Below are positions 14,849 to 23,027 of a DNA stretch of 24,477 nt, in pieces. The stretch is from assembly GCA_039630345.1 (NCBI GenBank), contig JBCNVD010000040.1:1-24477 (forward strand). Reading direction: 5' to 3'. Position numbers and translations under genes: made by a program. Below the pieces are notes generated by a model. That model worked only from the letters and a program-made list of their open reading frames with translations. It made no database searches and was not told the origin of the DNA. Every line of letters starts with the position of its first letter. The stretch's first letter is position 1. The stretch is from Aquificaceae bacterium (GTDB lineage Bacteria; Aquificota; Aquificia; Aquificales; Aquificaceae).

Positions 14849-16903
14849 ATGGACAGGTTTTTGCCTTTCCTAAGATGGTTTAAGGGCTACGATGTTTCTA
14901 CATTCAGAAAAGACTTCCTCGCAGGACTCACGGTAGCTGTTGTTTTGGTTCCTCAGTCGATGGCTTATGCAATCATTGCAGGGCTTCCGCCGGTTTATGG
15001 GCTATATGCTGCTTCGATACCCGTTATAATAGCGGCTCTTTTTGGGAGCTCCCCGCAACTTGCGACTGGCCCTGTGGCGATAGTTGCTTTCTTGACATAT
15101 GTTTCTCTATCGAGTTTTGCAAAACCCGGGGAGGAAAAGTTCATCGAGCTTGCAATTATGACCGCAATGCTCGTAGGGATTATACAGCTACTGCTTGGGG
15201 TATTTAGACTTGGCTTTTTGGTAAATTTCGTCTCTCACGCTGTTATTTTTGGGTTTACAAACGCGGCGGCAATCATCATAGCAACAACCCAGGTGCCAGC
15301 ACTTCTTGGAATTAAGGTAGAGCAAAAAGAGCTGATCTTTCAAAACATTTACGAGATTATCAAAAATTTACCAAAGACAAACCTTCTTACGGTTGCTATT
15401 GGTATTACTTCTATCGCAATGATAGTGTTTTTAAAACGAGTTAACAAAAACATACCCTCTCCACTGATTGCGGTGATACTCTTTACATCGCTATCTTACT
15501 GGCTTTCTCTCGAAAACTTCGGCGTAAGGGTTGTTGGGCAAATTCCAGCAGGTTTGCCTATGCCCGCTTTGCCAAGCGTTGACCTTGATTTACTTGATAG
15601 CCTCCTTGGAAAAGCCACAATCATCGCCCTTATTGGTTTTATGGAAGCTTATGCTATTGCTAAATATATCTCTGCAAGCACGAAGGATAAAATAAGCGTA
15701 AATCAAGAGCTCATAGGTCAGGGGCTTGCAAACTTTGTCGGGTCTTTTTTCAGGTCTTTTCCTGTCAGCGGTTCTTTTTCTCGCTCTGCGGTCAATTTTC
15801 AAAGCGGAGCAAAAACCGGGATGGCAAATGTAATTAGCGCGTCTTTTGTTATAACAACGCTATTTTTAGCGGGTCCACTTCTTTATTACCTTCCGAGAGC
15901 AGTTCTTTCTGCGATAGTGATAACGGCGGTCATTAGCCTGGTTAAACCAGGGCACTTTTTACAAATCTGGAGAACAAACAGAAACGACGGAATAGTCGCT
16001 CTTTCTACCTTTGCACTCTCTTTTATAATGAAGCCAGATTATGCGATATTTATCGGGGTATTTCTATCGCTTTCGCTGTTTTTGCTTAGAAGTCTATATC
16101 CAAAGGTCAGTCGCCTTAGCAAAGAGCCTAAAAAAGAGGTGTTTGTCGACGCAGATGAGTATAACCTTCCGGTATGCCCTCAGATAACGATTTTAAGACC
16201 CGAGGCTTCGATTTACTATGCAAACGCGGAAAACATCTTTAGCGAAATCAAAAACCAGCTAGATAGTGCAAAAGATACAAAGTATCTGGTTATAGACGCC
16301 GAATCAATGAACTATTTAGATGCCACTGCTACAGATGTTCTTGAGGACTTTCTAGACAGCCTTCGTTCAAGAGGTGTCTCTTTGGTTTTTGTGAATGTAA
16401 AACCTCAGCTGGGAGAGGTGATGAAGCGCTCGGGAATTTTGGCAAAAATAGGCGAAAAGAATTTCATATCATCAAAAGGCGAAGCCGTAAGGGTTCTCTT
16501 TGAGGGAATAGACCATCAATATTGCAAATCTGTCTGTCCAAATGCAGTATTTCAGGAGTGCAGAAGCGTAAAAGAAGTGCCAGAGATGAAAACTGCTGAG
16601 ATTTCAATAAAAGAGCTCTTTGAAGAACTATCCGAAAGGGATGTTGAGGTGTTTTTAAGCAAGCGATATGAGAGTATAGTCATTAGAAGAAAAGGGCTAG
16701 AGTTAGAGCTACGCAGGGAAGACTTTCATACAGATGGCAAAGACTTTTATTTGCCCTCAAGCATCAATTTAAAGCAAAACGGGAGTGTGACAAATCTCGG
16801 GAAAGTATGCAAGGAAAACTTTAGAATGATAAACGGCTTTATATTGCTTGGCGAGGATATAAAAACCGTCTCGGAGTCTATCAGCGAGATAATGAATCAA
16901 TAG
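14849..16903 (+). CDS. SulP/SLC26 family anion transporter with STAS domain and extra C-terminal region
   Basis: DFLAGLTVAVVLVPQSMAYA, GLPPVYGLY, GPVA, NQELIGQG, SGSFSRS; STAS (IYYANAE...YLDAT). Start moved to ATG 14849. Confidence 0.93.
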   Translation: MDRFLPFLRWFKGYDVSTFRKDFLAGLTVAVVLVPQSMAYAIIAGLPPVYGLYAASIPVIIAALFGSSPQLATGPVAIVAFLTYVSLSSFAKPGEEKFIELAIMTAMLVGIIQLLLGVFRLGFLVNFVSHAVIFGFTNAAAIIIATTQVPALLGIKVEQKELIFQNIYEIIKNLPKTNLLTVAIGITSIAMIVFLKRVNKNIPSPLIAVILFTSLSYWLSLENFGVRVVGQIPAGLPMPALPSVDLDLLDSLLGKATIIALIGFMEAYAIAKYISASTKDKISVNQELIGQGLANFVGSFFRSFPVSGSFSRSAVNFQSGAKTGMANVISASFVITTLFLAGPLLYYLPRAVLSAIVITAVISLVKPGHFLQIWRTNRNDGIVALSTFALSFIMKPDYAIFIGVFLSLSLFLLRSLYPKVSRLSKEPKKEVFVDADEYNLPVCPQITILRPEASIYYANAENIFSEIKNQLDSAKDTKYLVIDAESMNYLDATATDVLEDFLDSLRSRGVSLVFVNVKPQLGEVMKRSGILAKIGEKNFISSKGEAVRVLFEGIDHQYCKSVCPNAVFQECRSVKEVPEMKTAEISIKELFEELSERDVEVFLSKRYESIVIRRKGLELELRREDFHTDGKDFYLPSSINLKQNGSVTNLGKVCKENFRMINGFILLGEDIKTVSESISEIMNQ

Positions 16904-18053
16904 CCAGAGAGATTCTCCTTATGCCCTCTTTGATATTTTCTTCGCTAAGGCAAAATGAGAGTCTAAAGAGCCCTTTTGCGCCAAAAGGACTTCCTGGAAC
17001 GCACGCAACGCCAAAATCAAGAAAGACATTTAAAAGCTCCTCTTCACCTAAAGAGCTTAGGTAGTTTCTAAAATTTGCAAGAATGTAAAAAGCCCCTGAC
17101 GGTTTATTGACGCTAAGACCCAGTTTGGAAAGTTCAGAGAAAGAAATATCTCGCCTCTTTTGAAAGGTGTCTCTTAGATACTTTAAAAACTCCATAGATA
17201 GCGGGTTTTTCAGAGCTTCGTAGGCTGCGTACTGGGCAAAGCTGGTTGCGTTTGATATGGTTTGACCATTTAGATTCTCTATTGCTTTTGAGAATCTCTC
17301 AGGGCTTGCGACATAACCTACTCGCCAACCGGTCATTGAAAAACTCTTTGAAAATGCGCTCACAAGAAAGGTAATTTCCCTTACCTCTTTGGATATACTA
17401 ATCGGTGAGAAAGCCAATATGCCGTCGAAGGTAAGCTCTTCGTAGCACTCATCTGAGATTATATAAATCCCTTTAGATAGACAAATCTCGGCGAGCTTTT
17501 CTATAGAGCTTTTGGTATAGACCGCTCCCGTTGGGTTGCAGGGGGAATTTATCACGACAGCTTTGGTGCGAGTTGTTATTCTCTCAATAAAAAGCTCCGG
17601 GATTAGCTCAAAGCCTCTATCTTCGGGAAGGTCTACAAATACAGGCACGCCCCCAAGTAGTTTGACCTGCTCCGGGTAAGTAACCCAGTATGGAGAGGGG
17701 ATTAAAACCTCGTCTCCTTCATCTAAAATAGCGCTAAAGACCAGAAAGAGCGCCATCTTTGCCCCGGAGGTGATGGTGATGCTACTAGGGGAATAATCTG
17801 CGCGCTTGCGCGCGTTTATTGACTCACTTAAAATCTCCCTGAGGGGAAAAATACCGCCAGAGGGGGTGTACTTGGTCTTTCCTTCCTTAAGAGCCTTTAT
17901 GCAGGCTTGTTTTATAAAATCAGGTGTGTCGATATCTGGCTCGCCCGCGGCAAAGGCGATGATATCCTTGCCAAGAGCTCTAAGCTCGCTGATTTTGGCA
18001 TTCAGCGAAAGAGTAGCGGATTGAGAAAGTCCCTGAAGCCTTTTTGAAAGCAC
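16881..18053 (-). CDS. aspC: Aspartate aminotransferase-type PLP enzyme (class I/II, subgroup Ib-like)
   Basis: GEPD, GAKMAL, PYWVTY, NSPCNPTG, SDECY, PLP lysine in SKSFSMTGWRVGY. Confidence 0.88.
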   Translation of the reverse strand: MLSKRLQGLSQSATLSLNAKISELRALGKDIIAFAAGEPDIDTPDFIKQACIKALKEGKTKYTPSGGIFPLREILSESINARKRADYSPSSITITSGAKMALFLVFSAILDEGDEVLIPSPYWVTYPEQVKLLGGVPVFVDLPEDRGFELIPELFIERITTRTKAVVINSPCNPTGAVYTKSSIEKLAEICLSKGIYIISDECYEELTFDGILAFSPISISKEVREITFLVSAFSKSFSMTGWRVGYVASPERFSKAIENLNGQTISNATSFAQYAAYEALKNPLSMEFLKYLRDTFQKRRDISFSELSKLGLSVNKPSGAFYILANFRNYLSSLGEEELLNVFLDFGVACVPGSPFGAKGLFRLSFCLSEENIKEGIRRISLAIDSLSR

Positions 18054-18076
18054 AGCCTGAAATTATAATATTTTTA
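18054..18076. promoter_or_regulatory. Bidirectional promoter with a shared palindromic -10
   Basis: ATTATAAT (18062-18069) gives TATAAT on both strands: 7 nt before ATG 18077 (+) and 8 nt before GTG 18053 (-). Confidence 0.72.
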
Positions 18077-19492
18077 ATGCCAAAACAAATCAGGTATCTT
18101 GATAGAAACAAAGAGCCCACAATGGAGCCAAAGCTCCGGGTTAAAACCCACAGAGAGTATTCGCACGGGTTTTCGCCCACGCTTGCGCTTGATGAGGCTC
18201 AGAGGTGTCTTTTTTGCAAAGACGCAGACCAGCGCTGTATAAAAGCATGCCCTGTTGGGGTGGACATCCCTGGCTTTATAAAAAAAATAACCGAAGGCAA
18301 TGTCATTGGTGCCTACGAAGTTATCCTAAAGAGCGACCCTTTTCCCTCAATCTGTGGAAGGGTTTGCCCTCAGGAGCGCCAGTGCGAAGGCTCGTGTATT
18401 CTCTTTTACGATACAGTAAGAGATAGAAAAAACAAAGGTCTCCCGGTAAGTATAGGAGCTCTTGAGAAGTTTGTGGGAGATAGCGTAAGGCTTATGGGAT
18501 TTATACCCAAACAGGATAAAAAACCCCCAAATGGCAAGAGCGTTGCAATAGTTGGTGCAGGACCTGCAGGATTGTCCTGCGCGAATGAGCTCGCACTTCT
18601 TGGATATGGCGTGGATGTTTACGAGGCCCTGCCCTTTGCGGGTGGGGTAATGGTTTATGGAATACCGACTGCAAGGCTGGATAGGTCTATCATAGAGTGG
18701 GAAGTAAACAGGCTTAAATCTCTCGGGGTTAGGTTCTTCTTTGGCAAAGTAGTAGGAAGAGGCCTTAGTATAAGAGAGCTATTAGAGTCTTATGACGCGG
18801 TGCTTTTGGCAGTAGGAGCAGGGAGAGGAAAACTGGGAATTCCCGGAGAGCATCTAGGCGGGGTCTTTTCTGCCATAGAGGTCTTGATGCGCGTTGGGAT
18901 GCTTGGAGCTGCAAGGGGCGCAGATACCCCAATTGACCTTGGGAAAAAGACAGTAATAATAGGTGGGGGCTTTACAGCGGTGGATTGTGCCATAACTAGC
19001 TTAAGACTTGGAGTTGAAACCCATGTCGTATATAGAAGAACGAGAGACACATCCTCGGCGCGTCAGGAAGAGTGGGACCACATTCAAGAAGAGGGCGCAA
19101 TCCTGCACTGGCTTACCCAGCCTGTTGAGATTGTAGGCAAAGACAAAGTAGAGGGTATTAAATGCATAAAGATGAAGCTAGAGGGTCTTGACTCCTCAGG
19201 GAGACCAAAGCCAATCCCGGTGGAAAATAGCGAGCACATAATTGAGTGTGATTCTGTGATATTTGCCATAGGTCAGGGGGCAAACCCCATTGCCTATGAG
19301 GACTTGCCGCAATTAGAGCTTAGTAAATATTTGACTATAAAAACCGACGAGCGCTTTAGAACAAACATACCAAAGCTTTATGCAGCAGGAGATGTGGTAA
19401 ATGGGGGAGATACAGTAGTAAGAGCAATAGCCGAGGGCAAAAGCTGTGCTTTAAGCATACATAAAGATCTTTTTCCGGAGGTAAGCTCATGA
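18077..19492 (+). CDS. GltD/NfnB/SudA-like FAD and [4Fe-4S] pyridine nucleotide oxidoreductase (candidate FrdD-like subunit)
   Basis: EAQRCLFC...CIKACP and CGRVCPQERQCEGSC clusters; GAGPAG FAD motif; GGGFTAVD and YRR; AAGD. Start moved to ATG 18077. No gltB adjacent. Confidence 0.9.
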   Translation: MPKQIRYLDRNKEPTMEPKLRVKTHREYSHGFSPTLALDEAQRCLFCKDADQRCIKACPVGVDIPGFIKKITEGNVIGAYEVILKSDPFPSICGRVCPQERQCEGSCILFYDTVRDRKNKGLPVSIGALEKFVGDSVRLMGFIPKQDKKPPNGKSVAIVGAGPAGLSCANELALLGYGVDVYEALPFAGGVMVYGIPTARLDRSIIEWEVNRLKSLGVRFFFGKVVGRGLSIRELLESYDAVLLAVGAGRGKLGIPGEHLGGVFSAIEVLMRVGMLGAARGADTPIDLGKKTVIIGGGFTAVDCAITSLRLGVETHVVYRRTRDTSSARQEEWDHIQEEGAILHWLTQPVEIVGKDKVEGIKCIKMKLEGLDSSGRPKPIPVENSEHIIECDSVIFAIGQGANPIAYEDLPQLELSKYLTIKTDERFRTNIPKLYAAGDVVNGGDTVVRAIAEGKSCALSIHKDLFPEVSS

Positions 19493-19917
19493 AAAAAGCC
19501 CTAGTAACTCTTATAGTTATCCTTGGTGTTTTTTTCGTCTTTCGCTCGTGCTCGGATTCTCCCTCAGAGGCTTCAAAAGAGGTCATTAAAGACTTTCTCT
19601 CGAGCATAAAAGACGGCAAAGGGGAAAATGCCACTAACATGCTCTACACGCCTTATAAATCAGCACTGGAAAACATGGTCAGCTCGCCAATAAATATGGT
19701 AGATTTATCAAAATCCACAGCACTATCTTGCACTCTCTCCGCAATCGGACAAAACATCAAAAAATATAAAATCCTTGACACAAGACAAATAGACAAAAAC
19801 CACACAGAGGTTACCGCAAAACTCATTTCCAAAGACGGCAAAGAATCGCTGGTTAACTTTATCCTGATCAAAGACCAAAAGCGCTGGAAAATAGCCAACA
19901 TCTCAAATATGAGATGA
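19489..19917 (+). CDS. Hypothetical membrane-anchored or lipoprotein-like protein (possible NTF2-like/DUF4878-type fold)
   Basis: Hydrophobic N-terminus followed by RSCS; SP...IKDFL start and LIK...WKI end; SD GGAGG at 19477-19481; ATGA overlaps at both ends. Confidence 0.7.
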   Translation: MKKALVTLIVILGVFFVFRSCSDSPSEASKEVIKDFLSSIKDGKGENATNMLYTPYKSALENMVSSPINMVDLSKSTALSCTLSAIGQNIKKYKILDTRQIDKNHTEVTAKLISKDGKESLVNFILIKDQKRWKIANISNMR

Positions 19918-20879
19918 AGGTTCTCGTGGTCCAGAGCGCCTATCTTGGCGATGTGGTGCTCTCTACAGCACTCCTTAACTCACTCTGGCAAAGCAAACGC
20001 TTTGAAGAGGTGGCCATCCTTGCAAGACCTTTCGCAACAGAGCTCCTTAAAGGTCTTCCTTGCAGGGTCATACCATTTAACAAAACCCTCAAAGAGACAT
20101 TCAGGCTCATAAAAGTCATCAAAGACTTTGATGCAATCATAAGCCCCCACAGGTCTATGAGAACCTCCCTCATGCTATTTTTTTCAGGAGTCAAAAAGCG
20201 CGCGGGCTTTGCCCGCGCAGAACTATCCTTTCTTTACCCAAATAGAGTTGAGCATCTCTGGCAAGAGCATGAAATAGATAGAAACCTAAAACTCGCAAGG
20301 AGTCTCTTCCCCTGGCTCAAAAAAGCACCCATGACACTCTTTGTAAGCAAAGAAGAAAAAGCGCTTGCGCGTGAAAAGTTTAAATTGCCTGAAAATTATG
20401 TTGTTTTGGCTCCACAATCCCAATTTAAATTAAAAGAATGGAAAAGATGGCAAGAACTAATAAGGCTTATTGACCTTCCCTGCGTTATTATAGGAAAGAG
20501 AGATGAGCCCATTGAGGGAGGCATAAACCTTCAGGGAAAGACCAGCATAAGAGAGTTTATGGCAATAATTTCAATGTCAAAAGCCGTAATTTCCTGCGAC
20601 TCTTCTGCCATACATGTTGCAAACGCCCTTAATGTGCCTGCTTTATGCATATATACATCAACAGGACCGCAGTATGGCTTTTATCCAGTTTATGGGAAAT
20701 ACTTAACGCCCGAAATAAGCTGTTCGCCATGCTCACCAAATCCGAAAAGATGCATCACAAAAACCTACCAGTGCTTAAAAGCAATAGAGCCAGAGCGTGT
20801 TGCCAGGGAGCTACTCCTTATGACAGAGAGCGCAATGCCAACCATCAACATAGATGCAAATAAATTAGAAGAACCATAG
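19914..20879 (+). CDS. Glycosyltransferase family 9 (LPS heptosyltransferase, WaaF/RfaF-like)
   Basis: VQSAYLGDVVL, HEIDRNL, NLQGKTSIRE, CDSSAIHVANAL, CSPC motif. Confidence 0.9.
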   Translation: MKVLVVQSAYLGDVVLSTALLNSLWQSKRFEEVAILARPFATELLKGLPCRVIPFNKTLKETFRLIKVIKDFDAIISPHRSMRTSLMLFFSGVKKRAGFARAELSFLYPNRVEHLWQEHEIDRNLKLARSLFPWLKKAPMTLFVSKEEKALAREKFKLPENYVVLAPQSQFKLKEWKRWQELIRLIDLPCVIIGKRDEPIEGGINLQGKTSIREFMAIISMSKAVISCDSSAIHVANALNVPALCIYTSTGPQYGFYPVYGKYLTPEISCSPCSPNPKRCITKTYQCLKAIEPERVARELLLMTESAMPTINIDANKLEEP

Positions 20880-21895
20880 CTCAAAAATGGTAATGCAATA
20901 CCCTTTGGAGGTGATAAATTCGAAACCATAACAGAATTCCAGAAAAAAGCCAGCATAAAATTTAAGCCAATACCAAAAAGCAACAGTCTTCCAGCGACCT
21001 CTTTGACCTTAAAAGAGTAATAAAAAAGCCCGCCAACCAGCATAGAATATAAAAAGCTAACCAGCAAAATACCGATAAAACCCATCTCTTCGCCAATTGT
21101 TGCAAGAATGTAATCTGTATCTGCAGTCGGCAAAGCCCCTGCTTTTTGAAGCCCCTGACCTATTCCAACGCCAAATAGACCACCTTTGGAAAGAGCGTAT
21201 ATTGATTGCACTATCTGATAGCCACTATCGTAAACATCCGCAAAAGGGTCTTTCCAAGCCGAGATACGCCTGCCTACATACCCTTCCATATTTATAAGTT
21301 GCTGGATTATAAAAAACGAAAAAACCCCTGCTATTAGAAGAGGCTTTTTTGATATTCCCCCAACATAAGCCATTGCCGAGCTAAGAAGCGTTATAAAAAC
21401 AGCTCCTCCCTTATCCGGCTGAAAAAACAACAAAACAGCATGGCATAAAACTATAAAAAAAGCCCAGATAAAGTGCGCAAAACTCCTTAAGCTCCCTTTA
21501 CTTGAGATATAATACGCCATAAATATAAGAAGACTAATCTTTACAAACTCAAGTGGCTGGACGCTGGTGCCAAATAGCCAGCGTTCCACATTTTTTCCAG
21601 AAGCTAACTTTTTTATAAGCACTATAATCAAACTCAAAAGAGAAGTAAATACCATAAAATAGACCACTTTTGGATTTAAAAACCTTCTATAGTCAAATTT
21701 TGAAATCCGTAAAGCGACAAAAAGCCCAAAACCAAACACAATAGCGTGTAAAATACTCTTTCTATATATTTTTAACTCAAGAGGATTTTCTATAAAATAA
21801 GGCACTAAATTCACACTCACCACCATCGTCTGACTTATGAGAAAGAGTCCAATAACTGCGTAAATTATGATTAGTCCGTTATCCCGCCCCTGCAT
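20765..21895 (-). CDS. ftsW: SEDS family peptidoglycan polymerase, probably FtsW
   Basis: RW...SVQPLEFVK, QPDKG, DP...GYQIVQS, GLFGVGIGQG, TDYI, GEEMG, PKGIALPFLSYG. Confidence 0.85.
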   Translation of the reverse strand: MQGRDNGLIIIYAVIGLFLISQTMVVSVNLVPYFIENPLELKIYRKSILHAIVFGFGLFVALRISKFDYRRFLNPKVVYFMVFTSLLSLIIVLIKKLASGKNVERWLFGTSVQPLEFVKISLLIFMAYYISSKGSLRSFAHFIWAFFIVLCHAVLLFFQPDKGGAVFITLLSSAMAYVGGISKKPLLIAGVFSFFIIQQLINMEGYVGRRISAWKDPFADVYDSGYQIVQSIYALSKGGLFGVGIGQGLQKAGALPTADTDYILATIGEEMGFIGILLVSFLYSMLVGGLFYYSFKVKEVAGRLLLFGIGLNFMLAFFWNSVMVSNLSPPKGIALPFLSYGSSNLFASMLMVGIALSVIRSSSLATRSGSIAFKHW

Positions 21896-21911
21896 AGATT
21901 ATATTTTTATC

Positions 21912-23027
21912 ATGTCCTTACCAAGTTTAAGAATAAGGGAAAAAGTCATCCAGATTCCAATAGTGCAGGGCGGTATGGGAGTCGGAATATCCTGGGAAAA
22001 GCTGGCAGGCGCAGTTGCAAAAGAGGGTGCAGTAGGGGTTATATCCGCAGTCGGAACAGGGTATAGATTTCCAAACCTTGTCAAAAGAGACCGCTTTGGA
22101 AGACCGATAGGCTCTGTCTTTGCCCACAGCAAAGAAGCGCTAAGTATCATGATAAAAAAAGCTAAAGAGACCTCTATGGGCAATGGCGCAATAGGGGTAA
22201 ATATCCTCTGTGCAATAACAGACTATGGCAGGGTCGTTAAAGATGCAGTAGAGGCTCAGGTAGACCTCATAATCTCAGGCGCAGGCCTTCCTCTAAAGCT
22301 ACCCGAATATGTAGGAGATGCAAATGTCGCACTTGCACCTATAGTCTCTTCCGCAAGGGCTTTAAATCTCATTTGTAAAACCTGGCATAAGCGATATAGA
22401 AGGCTTCCAGATATTGTTATTCTTGAAGGTCCCCTCTCAGGCGGTCATCAGGGCTTTAAGTTCGAAGATTGCTTTAAACCCGAGTTTCAACTGGAAAACC
22501 TTTTGCCAGATGTTTTAAAAGAGGCAAAAAGCTGGGGAGATATTCCGGTTTTGGTAGCAGGCGGGGTGTGGAGCTATAAAGATATTATTAAGTTTATAAA
22601 CCTCGGTGCAAGCGGGGCTCAAATTGCAACGCGTTTTGTAAGTACTGTGGAATGCGATGCGCCTATTTCTTACAAAAAGATTTTGCTCTCTGCTGAGAAA
22701 GAGGACATAATCTTATTTAAATCTCCGGTTGGTTATCCTCTGCGCGTTGTAAAAACCCCGTTTATTGAAAGGCTTCTGTCTGGTTACAATGGTTGGAACG
22801 GGTGTGTTTCAAATTGCGTAACGCCCTGCAACAGCGGCGAAGAGGCCAAAAAGGTAGGCTTTTGCATAGCGGACAGACTTGGCAAAGCATGGCTTGGAGA
22901 CTATCAAGAGGGAATCTTCATAAGCGGCGCAAACGGCTACAGACTTAAAAAACAGGGCATAATACCTGTAAAGGAGCTAATAGAGATACTAACAGGCAAG
23001 CGCCCAGACCCAACCCTTGATGAGTAA
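21912..23027 (+). CDS. fabX: Nitronate monooxygenase-family flavoprotein; probable FabX (acyl-ACP dehydrogenase/isomerase)
   Basis: QGGMGVGISW, GAGLP, EGPLSGGHQGFKFEDCF, CVSNCVTPCNSGEEAKKVGFCIAD, matching my recollection of H. pylori FabX. Start moved to ATG 21912, with TATATT 6 nt upstream. Confidence 0.78.
   Translation: MSLPSLRIREKVIQIPIVQGGMGVGISWEKLAGAVAKEGAVGVISAVGTGYRFPNLVKRDRFGRPIGSVFAHSKEALSIMIKKAKETSMGNGAIGVNILCAITDYGRVVKDAVEAQVDLIISGAGLPLKLPEYVGDANVALAPIVSSARALNLICKTWHKRYRRLPDIVILEGPLSGGHQGFKFEDCFKPEFQLENLLPDVLKEAKSWGDIPVLVAGGVWSYKDIIKFINLGASGAQIATRFVSTVECDAPISYKKILLSAEKEDIILFKSPVGYPLRVVKTPFIERLLSGYNGWNGCVSNCVTPCNSGEEAKKVGFCIADRLGKAWLGDYQEGIFISGANGYRLKKQGIIPVKELIEILTGKRPDPTLDE

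Noticed and set aside
1502..22183. Numerous 60-125 aa alternative-frame and antisense ORFs (e.g. 3739-4116, 13518-13817, 19356-19640, 21899-22183)
   Set aside because: All are nested in or antisense to well-supported genes and show no recognisable motif; typical shadow ORFs.
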